Shown piece after piece: positions 8,067 through 17,011 of a stretch of DNA of 38,007 nucleotides. The stretch's first letter is position 1; every line of letters starts with the position of its first letter. Origin of the DNA: a virus. Taxonomy: Duplodnaviria; Caudoviricetes. The stretch spans positions 1 through 38,007 of IMG/VR virus record IMGVR_UViG_3300040942_000041; one strand, 5' to 3'. The notes under the pieces are model-generated. The model was given only the letters and a program-made list of their open reading frames with translations, was not told the DNA's origin and ran no database searches. Position numbers and translations under genes: made by a program.

Positions 8067-8902
8067 CACAACTAACGATTGAGGAAATCCTCAAGAAAGT
8101 CCCTGCTCTCAAGCGATATGAGGGCAATCCAGAAGCAATCCGCACAGTCTACGCAGAACTCAATCCAAAGAAAGACCTCAGTGGTCTGATAGAGGGAGAG
8201 TTCGTGAACGGAGCCGAAGTCCTTATTGTAAGGATTCTGAACGAATCTTTCTACATAGGATGCCCGACTTGTTTCACAAAGAAAGACGGCATGGAAGAGG
8301 GCGTCGTTTTCGACTGTCCTAGCCAGAGATGCAACACACAGAGAGTCGCAACCAAACTCCCAAGATGGTCTATACTGGCCGGAGACGAGACTACAAAGGC
8401 CATACTGGACTTCCCACCTTTCGGTTACAAACTCACCGATGGCAACGCTCTGATAGGCAAAGTTGTGGCCATCAAGGGCAATGTCACGGCTTTGAGAGAC
8501 CAAAAGGTGAAGGGAGAGGTCAAGGGTCAAACGCCAGTCATAATGGTGAGAGACCTTAAGGTGGTCTCCGACATCAGAGACAGCGTTCCAGAGACGATAG
8601 GGGAGCGAATCACCAAGTCAACGCTGGCAGAAGCGGCCAAGTTCCCACTTGGAGAGGGGCCAGAAGGTCTACCCAACCCACTCGTCTCACCAAACACAGG
8701 GATGATACCTGCACCCAAACTCACGGCTCTTCAGACTTGGATGAACGCTGTAGGCAAAGGCAACCCTGTAGCGGAAGACCAAGTGAAGATGTATGTTGAG
8801 AACAATCTCAAACTTACGTTTGCGGATGTCCTGCCTCTTCTGGATAAGAGCCACTCCGACCAAGAGAACAAGACTCTATACGCGCTCAAGCCTCAGAAGT
8901 AA
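8063..8902 (+). CDS. RPA-like single-stranded DNA-binding protein (OB fold with zinc ribbon)
   Basis: FYIGCPTC..K...CPSQRC...LAGDETT...LIGKVVAIKG pattern of the zinc-containing OB fold of archaeal RPA. Confidence 0.75.
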   Translation: MTQLTIEEILKKVPALKRYEGNPEAIRTVYAELNPKKDLSGLIEGEFVNGAEVLIVRILNESFYIGCPTCFTKKDGMEEGVVFDCPSQRCNTQRVATKLPRWSILAGDETTKAILDFPPFGYKLTDGNALIGKVVAIKGNVTALRDQKVKGEVKGQTPVIMVRDLKVVSDIRDSVPETIGERITKSTLAEAAKFPLGEGPEGLPNPLVSPNTGMIPAPKLTALQTWMNAVGKGNPVAEDQVKMYVENNLKLTFADVLPLLDKSHSDQENKTLYALKPQK

Positions 8903-8961
8903 GGCTTGGGCCTCTTCTTTCTGACACCTTTAAATAGTCGGTAGTGCTAAATCCATGTAGT

Positions 8962-10464
8962 ATGCAACCGCCCTATCAGCCAGCAGAGCCTCACGAACCT
9001 GCCCCGAAGGTAGGGCAGAAGAACTATCCCAACATTGAGAAGTTCAACGAGCAGGTTCCAAACCCACAGACTAAGACAGGTGGGCCACCCCTACCCAAAG
9101 CCACAGAGATAGAGAGCTATGAGGCTCAGATTGCCAACCTTCAGAAGCAGATAGACAATCTGGACATGGCCCACGAAGAGTTGTGGAACGATGTGATTTC
9201 TGGCCGTTCTCCATTAGAACGGAGCGAAGAGGAGATGGACTACTTCAGGTGCGAGTTCTGTCACGAACTGATTGACCCTGTAGAAGAGTATCACACCCAT
9301 GAGGGTAGGAAGTATTACGGCCACGCCAAGAATGAGGAAGGGATAGGCGGGTGGACTTTCGACTGTCCCAAGTGCAACGGGACAGGAAAGATAGGTGACT
9401 CTGATTGCGACAAGTGCGATGGGACGGGTGGTGTCTACGAGAGTGGGAAGCACTACAAGCCAGAAGAGGGGCAGAACGCATGGTGCTATCGTCACGACAA
9501 GACAGTGAACGAGCACAACGATGATGAACTCGATGAGGATGAAGAGAAAGGGACAGAGAACTATGAAGAGAAACCAGAAGGTTGTGGCCCTGATTGTAAA
9601 GACCCTAATTGTGACTATGGTGGCCCCTGTGATTGTGGGGATTGTGAAGGTTGCACCGATGAAACAGGAGATTGGATTCCAGAGAAAGGAGAGCCAGACC
9701 CTAGCAATCCAGACAAGGAACTTGATAAAGACCCTGACATCCCAGAGCCAGCCGAGCCTACAGAGCCTACGTCTCAGCACGTTACAGCCGATGGGCTGGA
9801 CGTTCCAGACAAGGTTGAGATACCTGAAAGGCTCTACAACGACCTCATGATGATGATTGAATACTCCACGACCAACGACAACGAAGCGGGTGGCTTTCTT
9901 ATCAAGGCTAAACACGGTGACTTGGGAGTTGTAGGGGAGCAGTTTGGCAAGGATAGAGAGATAGTTTTGGAGCCTAACGAGCAACTTCATGAAGGAGAGG
10001 AGTTGGTAGGCACAGTCCATATGCACCCTGTCACCCCGACAGCCAGCACAGGGGATGTGGCTGGCTATCTCAACGATGAGAACGAGAAGGTCATGGTAGT
10101 TGTGGGAGCCGACAAGTCTATCAATGTCTTTTTCAAGACCTCTTTCACGGCAGAGGGCGACTACGGGGATGAGATTTCAGACAACTTCGAGCAGTCCGAT
10201 ATGGGGATGCTGGCAGAGGGTCTGGGCTTTATATGGTATAGAGGAGAGGAGTCGGATAGGACTGTCCTCAACATCATCACCAATGTAGTGGATGATGTGG
10301 AACTGAATGTCGTGGACGAGACTTGGCCTATAGAGGACTTGGTAAAGGCTTTGGGAATCAAAGGCGTAGACCAAATTCCTTCCGAATACAGCACCAAGAA
10401 GACTCCACTCAAGTTGCAAATTCCCTTCAGTTTCCGTTGTAAAGATGCAATTCTTACAGGATAG
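8962..10464 (+). CDS. Acidic modular protein with Cys/His modules and C-terminal JAB/MPN+ metallopeptidase domain
   Basis: NEAGG...VGTVHMHPVTPTASTGD (E...HxH-x6-S-x2-D); CxxCxGxG pair; start ATG 8962 after TTTAAATA 8929-8936. Confidence 0.75.
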   Translation: MQPPYQPAEPHEPAPKVGQKNYPNIEKFNEQVPNPQTKTGGPPLPKATEIESYEAQIANLQKQIDNLDMAHEELWNDVISGRSPLERSEEEMDYFRCEFCHELIDPVEEYHTHEGRKYYGHAKNEEGIGGWTFDCPKCNGTGKIGDSDCDKCDGTGGVYESGKHYKPEEGQNAWCYRHDKTVNEHNDDELDEDEEKGTENYEEKPEGCGPDCKDPNCDYGGPCDCGDCEGCTDETGDWIPEKGEPDPSNPDKELDKDPDIPEPAEPTEPTSQHVTADGLDVPDKVEIPERLYNDLMMMIEYSTTNDNEAGGFLIKAKHGDLGVVGEQFGKDREIVLEPNEQLHEGEELVGTVHMHPVTPTASTGDVAGYLNDENEKVMVVVGADKSINVFFKTSFTAEGDYGDEISDNFEQSDMGMLAEGLGFIWYRGEESDRTVLNIITNVVDDVELNVVDETWPIEDLVKALGIKGVDQIPSEYSTKKTPLKLQIPFSFRCKDAILTG

Positions 10465-10526
10465 GGGATATACTATATACCCTTTAAAAGAGAACCCTTA
10501 TAAGACATGGAATCGAAGGGTATGCT

Positions 10527-10760
10527 ATGTCCGTAACCTCAACAGAGATAACCGACTACCTCAAGGACAGGGTGATGTTCATCCTTTCGGCCCTTGAGTT
10601 TGCCGTAGTGGGCGGCATCGGCGGAAGCGTTGTTGGCTACTTCATGGGCTATCTATCGCAGATACCCTTTGTAGGCAACCCTCTCGCCACCCTTGGTGCG
10701 CTAGGCGCAACCGCAGGGTTCTTCGTCCCATTTGTAAAGAGGGCAATCAAGTCTGCATAG
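10527..10760 (+). CDS. Small two-helix membrane protein
   Basis: Two Gly-rich hydrophobic segments; upstream CTTATAAG...GGGTA promoter. Confidence 0.75.
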   Translation: MSVTSTEITDYLKDRVMFILSALEFAVVGGIGGSVVGYFMGYLSQIPFVGNPLATLGALGATAGFFVPFVKRAIKSA

Positions 10761-10769
10761 ACAACTAGC

Positions 10770-10793
10770 CCTCTTTCTCTTTTTTTCCAGTTT
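10770..10793 (+). terminator. Archaeal-type oligo-T/pyrimidine terminator
   Basis: CTCTTTCTCTTTTTTTCCAGTTT directly after stop 10760. Confidence 0.6.
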
Positions 10794-10855
10794 ACTCCAT
10801 AGAAGGTTTATAAAATGTTTATATAGTCCAAAATCCTACACAAGTATAGATTCTT

Positions 10856-11230
10856 GTGAAGATTTGCAAAGGCTGGATTGAAATCCGTGAAGCCGACAAC
10901 TACTGGCACTCTGTCATGAGAATCACAGCCCTTATCCCTCAAGCCCCAGACGTAACCGCCGTCCTGTTCGATGTGGACAACCTTAAGGCCGTCAAGCCCA
11001 TTGCCAGCAACAGGGGTATGCCGCACGACATTTCTGACGAAGTGGCCTTTGACTACGACAAGGACAAGGAATGGGCGCACTTCGATACTTGGATTCGGCC
11101 CTCTGAAATCGCCCAAGTCTTCAAAGTCAAGGAGATAGTGAAGGGGTGGTCGGTGGTCTTCTCTCTTATGGGTGTCTTGGGAGAGATATACCAAGACCAT
11201 AACGTGCGATTAATTTGTTGGTTCATATAG
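10856..11230 (+). CDS. Hypothetical viral protein (RGMPHD...H..TW...RLICWF)
   Basis: GTG start after an AT-rich promoter; motif pattern recalls a common uncharacterised phage family. Confidence 0.7.
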   Translation: MKICKGWIEIREADNYWHSVMRITALIPQAPDVTAVLFDVDNLKAVKPIASNRGMPHDISDEVAFDYDKDKEWAHFDTWIRPSEIAQVFKVKEIVKGWSVVFSLMGVLGEIYQDHNVRLICWFI

Positions 11231-11268
11231 CCACAATGTTTATAAACCCTAGAAGCAAGGGATATGCT

Positions 11269-11979
11269 ATGAGGTCGAAGAGTCTCGCATCCTACGCCAT
11301 AGTCCTGACGCTCATCGCTCTTGCGTTGACCCTCAGTCTTGCTCCTGTATTGGCTTGCACGACCACTTCATCCACCACCCCAACTAAGACGGTAACAGTT
11401 ACAGCAACGTCTACAGTGACGACACCAACCACTACCACAGTGACACAGACACAAACCAATACCGAGACTCAGACCTCAACACAGAATCAGACTATCACCC
11501 AAACTCAGACACAGACTGTGATTCAGAACCAGACCCTAACTCAGACAGAGACGACAACTCAGAACCAAACCCTAACCCAAACTCAGACCACAACTCAGAC
11601 TAAGACTCACACAAAGACGCTCTCGCCAATTACAGTGACAACTACACAGATTCAGACAGAAACTCAAAATGTCACTGTAACTCAAACCCAGACTCAGACT
11701 GAGACAGGGACAGTGACAACGACTACTCTCACAGTAGTCCTCATCAAGATAGGTGGCAATGTAACAATGACAACCACTGTCACCACAACCCTTCCACCTG
11801 TCACAAGCACAGTTACTCAGACGGTGACTCCAACAAATACGTCTACCGCGTCTTCAGTCCAGTCCTTCTCCCTTGGCGAACTGTTGGGCATAGGACTCCT
11901 TCTGTTCATGATAGGACTCTTGGCTGGCATAATCATTGATGCCGCCTTTCTTGTAGGGAAGAACAAGGAGTCTAGATAA
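11269..11979 (+). CDS. Secreted, membrane-anchored Thr/Gln-rich glycoprotein-like protein
   Basis: Signal peptide MRSKSLASYAIVLTLIALALTLSLAPVLA, TQT/TVT repeats, six N-x-T/S sequons, C-terminal TM plus basic tail; ATG 11269 follows TTTATAAA 11239-11246. Confidence 0.85.
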   Translation: MRSKSLASYAIVLTLIALALTLSLAPVLACTTTSSTTPTKTVTVTATSTVTTPTTTTVTQTQTNTETQTSTQNQTITQTQTQTVIQNQTLTQTETTTQNQTLTQTQTTTQTKTHTKTLSPITVTTTQIQTETQNVTVTQTQTQTETGTVTTTTLTVVLIKIGGNVTMTTTVTTTLPPVTSTVTQTVTPTNTSTASSVQSFSLGELLGIGLLLFMIGLLAGIIIDAAFLVGKNKESR

Positions 11980-12286
11980 CGACTCCGAGCAGATAGAGTA
12001 TCGTTAGGATTGTGGCTGTGAAACCTGCCGCCCCACTTAAGGTGATGCCAACCTTCTTTGCAAAGTCCTTGTAGTCTGTAGACGTTCTGTTGACCGATTC
12101 GAGTTTGCCGATTCGGTCTGCCATCAGGGTGCTGTTGTGATTCATAATGGCACAACTATCCTTAATCGCGTCTACCTTTACTGTAAGTGTGGCTATGTCA
12201 GCAGTGCTTTGAGCCATGAAACTGGCCAACTTCCCGTTCAGTTGGAGCAGTAGTTCTCGAATCGTGTTTCCGTTGTCACTCATCAT
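11972..12286 (-). CDS. Coiled-coil protein with C-terminal transmembrane helix
   Basis: Heptad pattern then GITLSGAAGFTATILTILYLLGVVI; coupled to the upstream gene. Confidence 0.75.
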   Translation of the reverse strand: MMSDNGNTIRELLLQLNGKLASFMAQSTADIATLTVKVDAIKDSCAIMNHNSTLMADRIGKLESVNRTSTDYKDFAKKVGITLSGAAGFTATILTILYLLGVVI

Positions 12287-12867
12287 GCTTCACCCTTCTC
12301 TGGCTCTTTCGCTCTAGGTTCTGAAAGGATGTCGGAACTAGGCTCTGGCTCTGCTAGGTCTCCAACTGGATAGCCCATCGCTTTGGCATCCTTTAGCGTC
12401 TGTGAGATGTTGTTGAGGAGTTCTATGGCCGCATCTATCTTGTCCATGTCGAGAGTCTCAACATCCTTTACGAACTCTTCAATCCCTTTAACAAGGTCGC
12501 TTGCGTCTACAAAGGCTTTGTCTAGGGCGTGTTTGACTGCGCCAGCGTCAAGAGGCGTTACTTCCTCTTCTCCTTTTGGCCCTGTTGTTCCTGTTAGTAA
12601 CTCAAAACATCTATCGCAAAATGGGCCTTCACCAACATCATCATAATGGCCTTTTCCATCATAATGATTAGTGCATTCTATACAAGAATACTCTTCTCCC
12701 TTTTCTGCTTCCGCAAGGGCTTCCTCTGCTTCCTTCATAGCCTTCTCGTCATAGTAGGCGTGTTCGACACCCCTCACCTTGTCTATCTCAGTCATAGGGT
12801 CATCACGGCTGTAGAAGTCCTCTACCTTCTTGACAGCCTCTTCAGCCTTTTGCAAGGGGGATACCAT
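12283..12867 (-). CDS. Acidic helical protein with internal CxxC/CxxC module
   Basis: CIEC...CDRC; repeated KGE/KAE motifs; directly downstream of portal. Confidence 0.75.
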   Translation of the reverse strand: MVSPLQKAEEAVKKVEDFYSRDDPMTEIDKVRGVEHAYYDEKAMKEAEEALAEAEKGEEYSCIECTNHYDGKGHYDDVGEGPFCDRCFELLTGTTGPKGEEEVTPLDAGAVKHALDKAFVDASDLVKGIEEFVKDVETLDMDKIDAAIELLNNISQTLKDAKAMGYPVGDLAEPEPSSDILSEPRAKEPEKGEA

Positions 12868-12913
12868 ATACCTGTCAAGGCATATAAAGCGAAAGGGCTA
12901 TTTAAGGATGCTG

Positions 12914-14794
12914 TTACTTCTGAGGAGTGGCCTTCTTGAGCCTATCTATCTCGTCCTGAATCGTCTGTTCTGTGAACGGCTCTTCCTTCAGGAACCGCCT
13001 CTTGAGGTCTTCGATTCCCTCTTCGAGTTCTTCTATCCTCTCATCAACATCCTGTTCTCCCTTGGTGAAGATGTCGCCCTCTGCTTCTAGCGGTCTCTCT
13101 CCCTCTGGCGCAGTTTCTTTTCCTAACTCAGACCCCGGTTGGCCGGGTCTTGAAGCCATCTCACGGTCTGGACTACCGAAGGTTGGAGTCCCTTCTCTAG
13201 TCATTCCCTGCCCACCCACACCTGCCATCGGTGGAACGGTTTCGCCTAACTCTTCAGTCAACTCATCTTCATCTATAGGCTCGAAGCCTAGTGCCTTTCT
13301 CACTTCATCTCTGGTGAGGATGCGGCTTGCATACAGAGGCATATAGGTCTTGGCCTTGTCCTCAAGGGAGTCCTCTTTGACTGGCTTCCAGATGAACTTC
13401 GGAACGTCATACTCATGGATGAGTTCGTCGGCCACTTTGCCATACAGAGACCTCATGACCATTATCATCACCGTCCTCTCTAGTTGGCTGTTGAGGGACT
13501 GGCGATTGCTGTTGATGAATGTGAAGTATCCTCTCTCTACTGTCTGGGCTGTTGCCCTGTTCAGACCCGCAGGGTCGGTGAAGAACTTCGGCACTGAGAG
13601 AGCGTAGGTTCTCATGTTGTGGAGCCATTGAAGCCAGAAGGATGTAGACTGCATTCTGTCAATGGGTGGGTTGATTGGCTCTACATGGATTGGGGTAGCG
13701 GCTCTGACTACGATGGACTGTCCCGGCTGGCTAGTCTGGAAGTATTTCCTCACTGCTTGATACTGTGCCGTAGTCACTTCCTGTCCCATTATGCCTTGGT
13801 CATTCATGCCAACATGGACTAGGAACATGGGCTTCAGGAAGACGTTCATGATGGCTCCCATCGTCTCTTCATAGTTCTTCATGAGTTCCTGATGGAAGAG
13901 GATGGGGCGTAGCATTGAGACACCGTAGACCGATTCATACGTCCATGAAGTGGGCATATAGCGGAGATGAATCATCTCATCTGCTAGGAAGGTGACTAGA
14001 GGGAACACATAGTATTGGACGTATCCAAGGATGGTTCCATAGGCATCCCTTCTGACCCGCATATACATGGGGTCAAGGGGCTTGAATCGGGTAATCTCTC
14101 CGTAGGGATTCTCCAATTTGTGGGTAGGATACATCTTGTTGTGCCTATCCGCGATGTCCACTCTGTCTGTCCACCAATAACTGTCCTGTCCGTTCTTGCC
14201 TTCGACCTCATAAGAAATTCTGAGAGCCTGAAGGTCGTGGCCAGTTTCGTGACAATACCAAGTTCTGACGACCTCAGTATACGAGTTGCCGAAGACTAGC
14301 ATATCCTTCACCATTATCTTCAGAAGGTTGAGGAAATCGTGCCTATCAAGAAATTGCTTGATGTCCTTAATCACAGTAGGCAGAGGATAGTCTAGTTCGT
14401 AGCCTTGAGAGATGGTCATCTGGGTGTGGAAGTCTATCGTGGCCCTAATGAAAGGCTCCTGAACGTAGTATTGCTTGTATTTCTGGTAGTCTTCTGTCGG
14501 GACTGCACCCCATATCTTCTCCCATACAGCAACGTAAGGATAGACTGTGAACCCAAGTCCAAGTCCGGGCAGTTCCTTAGTCGCATACTCTTCCCAAGCA
14601 AAGTCTCTCCACCAAGCCTCACCCCTCTCTATCTGTCCAATCTGCGTTTCGATAGGTGGTTTGTATGAGGCGGATAGGGTGGGGTCGTCCAGACTCCTTG
14701 GAGAACCTGTTTGCCTTGGGCCGATTATCCTAGTCGCTCGTAACGCACGAATAACGGCGTTCTCGTCCTGACTGGAATCTTGTGCCGCAGACAT
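12914..14794 (-). CDS. Portal protein
   Basis: PFIRATIDF, DMLVFGNSYTEVV, FKPLDPMYMRVRRDAYG..LGYVQ, FLADEMIHLR, YGVSML, ILTRDEVRKALGFEP: typical tailed-virus portal motif order. Confidence 0.88.
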   Translation of the reverse strand: MSAAQDSSQDENAVIRALRATRIIGPRQTGSPRSLDDPTLSASYKPPIETQIGQIERGEAWWRDFAWEEYATKELPGLGLGFTVYPYVAVWEKIWGAVPTEDYQKYKQYYVQEPFIRATIDFHTQMTISQGYELDYPLPTVIKDIKQFLDRHDFLNLLKIMVKDMLVFGNSYTEVVRTWYCHETGHDLQALRISYEVEGKNGQDSYWWTDRVDIADRHNKMYPTHKLENPYGEITRFKPLDPMYMRVRRDAYGTILGYVQYYVFPLVTFLADEMIHLRYMPTSWTYESVYGVSMLRPILFHQELMKNYEETMGAIMNVFLKPMFLVHVGMNDQGIMGQEVTTAQYQAVRKYFQTSQPGQSIVVRAATPIHVEPINPPIDRMQSTSFWLQWLHNMRTYALSVPKFFTDPAGLNRATAQTVERGYFTFINSNRQSLNSQLERTVMIMVMRSLYGKVADELIHEYDVPKFIWKPVKEDSLEDKAKTYMPLYASRILTRDEVRKALGFEPIDEDELTEELGETVPPMAGVGGQGMTREGTPTFGSPDREMASRPGQPGSELGKETAPEGERPLEAEGDIFTKGEQDVDERIEELEEGIEDLKRRFLKEEPFTEQTIQDEIDRLKKATPQK

Positions 14795-14839
14795 CCTTAT
14801 CGAAGGTATTTAAGCGTTCTGCTCTATTTAAGGATTATC

Positions 14840-14931
14840 TGGGATGGGTAACTGCCATCTGCCCTCACGGAGCAGACCCACTCTCGTTTGTCTGTGGTAG
14901 CAAGAGTGCTCGAAAGTTGCTATCCATCCCA
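14840..14931 (+). other. 92-nt three-way-junction fold between divergent promoters (small RNA or DNA signal)
   Basis: TGGGATGGGTA 14840-14850 / TATCCATCCCA 14921-14931; TCTGC 14858-14862 / GCAGA 14872-14876; CACTCT 14879-14884 / AGAGTG 14903-14908. Confidence 0.5.
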
Positions 14932-14967
14932 AGGCTTATATACAACCAAGCCCTTTTAAACCTTAGT

Positions 14968-16977
14968 ATGAGTGACAAGTCGGTTACGAAGACCCTTGAT
15001 TGGCCTAACCACCGAGTAGGTTCCTCACCTTCAGACCCCATCCGGTTTGAGGATGAAAGGGAGTTCAACCCTGCCATAAGTGAGGGATTTGAGGCGATGG
15101 CAGACGAAGACTGCGACCTACATAACAAGCCCTACAAGGAGCATTCTCAAACCGAGTTGGATGAGGATGTCACGGAAGTCATGCCCGATGAGAAGGGAGA
15201 GGTCAATCCTATGACCGAGCCTCACGACATTGCGCCCTATGACCAAAATAAGGTGGTTGATATAGTCAACAGGATAGAGTCAACCCAAGACTATGAGACC
15301 CCAGAGGACATGGCTGTAGATGTTCAGTATCTCATTGATACAGGGGTCATCTACGAACTTCAGGGTTCCTACCAACGGCTGGCTCAGTCTATGATTGACG
15401 CTGGCCTCTGTCATGCCCAGACCACAATGCGGGAACAGCAAGACCCCTCTCAACAGTTGAATCCTACTAGCCAACAGAACGTCACACCCTTCAGTCAGGG
15501 CCAGTATATGCCGTCTGGAAGCGAGACGATTTCACCAATCATGCCTCAAGCCCCTATGAGAGAGGAAGACCCAAGCCTTTGGGTGGAGCCTTGTCCAATG
15601 TGTGAAGGCACTGGCACGAATGAAGTAAGTGGCCGTCCCTGCGATTATTGCGAAGGGAAGGGTAAGATTCCTAAATATGAAGAGGGCGGAGACATAGACG
15701 ACACGACTCTAGAGGATGTGCCAGAAGACTGTGGGCCTAGTTGTTGCGACATAACGGATGAGGGCGGTTGCGATTGCGGAGATTGTGCAGGGTGTCTGGG
15801 AGACGAACCTAAAGTAGACTGGCGCGATTTGGATGAGGAACTCAAAGACCCACGCATTGGGATAGACAAAGAGAAGGGGAAGGACAAGGAGAAGTCCATG
15901 TCACCAGAGGCCCAGAAGATTTCTGGCACTGACCCCGCGAGTGTAGAGGCCAAGGAGAAGGCGAAGCCCAAACTTGAGGTTGATGTCTCTGACAAGATTA
16001 CCGTTCTAGGCAAGACGGGTTCGGGCAAGACCAACCTCATCAAAGTCCTCATTTCTGACATTCTGCCAGACTTCAAGTTCGTCATTCTGGATGCTCTTGG
16101 CAACCTCAGTGAGTATGACGGCCAGCCTAACATGGATTATCATCAGGTCACGCCTTCCGACCAAGCGACTGTGGATGAGGTAATCTACAATGCTCTCGAA
16201 GCAGGAAACTGTATGGTCGTCATGGATGAGGTAGACCGCTATTCAGCCAAGCCAGATTCGATGCTCAACGAGTTGGTGAACTTGGGTCGGAACTATGGTG
16301 TCGGTGCTATCTTTGCGGCCAGACGCACAGCCGATGTGAATAAGGACATCTTAGCCAATTCGCCTTTCATCTTCACGTTCCAACACATCCTGCCTCAAGA
16401 CCTAGACGTTCTGATTGACTGGTTCGCCCAACCTGAAGAGACCTTTAGAGACCTACAGGAGTTTGAGGCCATACTCTTCAAGGACGGTGAGCAGGTATGG
16501 GTAGGCAAGGTTCCAGAGAAGCCAACGACCAAGCCCACTGCCAAGCCCAGACAGCCCAAGAAGCCGAAGGGTAAGGATAAGGACAAGGAGCCAGAGGATA
16601 AGGAGAAACCAAAGGAGAAGGAACCAGAGAGTAAGGAGCCAGAACCAAAGGAACCAGAGTCAAAGGAACCAGAAGCACCACCTGAAGAGAAGCCAACAGA
16701 AGAGCCGCCCGAAGAGGAGCCGCCCGAAGAAGCCCCAAAAGAACCAACTGAAGAGAAGACTGAGGAGAAGGAAAGGGTGCAATGGTGCGCTGGATGTGGT
16801 GGGCAGTTCGAGTCTAGGAAAGACCTCTTCACCCATCAGAGACAGACAGGAGATTCAGGAACTATAGAAGGGACTGCGGAGAAAGCAGAGGAACGCCCGT
16901 TCAAGTGCGACCAATGCCCTGATGCTTACAAGTATGAAAAAGATTTTTTGAATCATATTGTAGAGAAGCACTCATAA
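14968..16977 (+). CDS. Acidic modular protein with FtsK/HerA-type P-loop ATPase and C-terminal C2H2-like zinc fingers
   Basis: GKTGSGKT, VVMDEVD, LGRNYGVGAIFAARR; CxxCxGxG pair; P/E/K-rich linker; FKCDQC...FLNHIVEKH; start moved to ATG 14968 (MSDKS) downstream of TATA elements. Confidence 0.8.
   Translation: MSDKSVTKTLDWPNHRVGSSPSDPIRFEDEREFNPAISEGFEAMADEDCDLHNKPYKEHSQTELDEDVTEVMPDEKGEVNPMTEPHDIAPYDQNKVVDIVNRIESTQDYETPEDMAVDVQYLIDTGVIYELQGSYQRLAQSMIDAGLCHAQTTMREQQDPSQQLNPTSQQNVTPFSQGQYMPSGSETISPIMPQAPMREEDPSLWVEPCPMCEGTGTNEVSGRPCDYCEGKGKIPKYEEGGDIDDTTLEDVPEDCGPSCCDITDEGGCDCGDCAGCLGDEPKVDWRDLDEELKDPRIGIDKEKGKDKEKSMSPEAQKISGTDPASVEAKEKAKPKLEVDVSDKITVLGKTGSGKTNLIKVLISDILPDFKFVILDALGNLSEYDGQPNMDYHQVTPSDQATVDEVIYNALEAGNCMVVMDEVDRYSAKPDSMLNELVNLGRNYGVGAIFAARRTADVNKDILANSPFIFTFQHILPQDLDVLIDWFAQPEETFRDLQEFEAILFKDGEQVWVGKVPEKPTTKPTAKPRQPKKPKGKDKDKEPEDKEKPKEKEPESKEPEPKEPESKEPEAPPEEKPTEEPPEEEPPEEAPKEPTEEKTEEKERVQWCAGCGGQFESRKDLFTHQRQTGDSGTIEGTAEKAEERPFKCDQCPDAYKYEKDFLNHIVEKHS
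16561..16770 (+). repeat. Coding low-complexity repeats (KEPE/EEPP linker)
   Basis: Repeated AAGGARCCAGAR units and GAGCCGCCCGAAGA at 16702-16715 and 16717-16730. Confidence 0.7.
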
Positions 16978-17011
16978 CTCTTAAATACTAGAGTCACCCT
17001 TCATATACTTG

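Noticed and set aside
11380-11850. Repeat array (CRISPR- or TIGR-like) suggested by recurring ACTCAGAC units
   Set aside because: Degenerate in-frame Thr/Gln codons of a membrane protein; no constant repeat-spacer period
11972-12286. Holin or spanin call for the coiled-coil TM protein
   Set aside because: Topology is compatible but no lysin gene or family motif supports it
14840-14931. tRNA or hammerhead ribozyme
   Set aside because: Only two arms, no T-loop consensus, no CUGANGA core although GAAA is present
14782-14967. First 62 codons of the 731-aa track ORF
   Set aside because: Overlap the portal start, both promoters and the stem-loop element; ATG 14968 is more plausible
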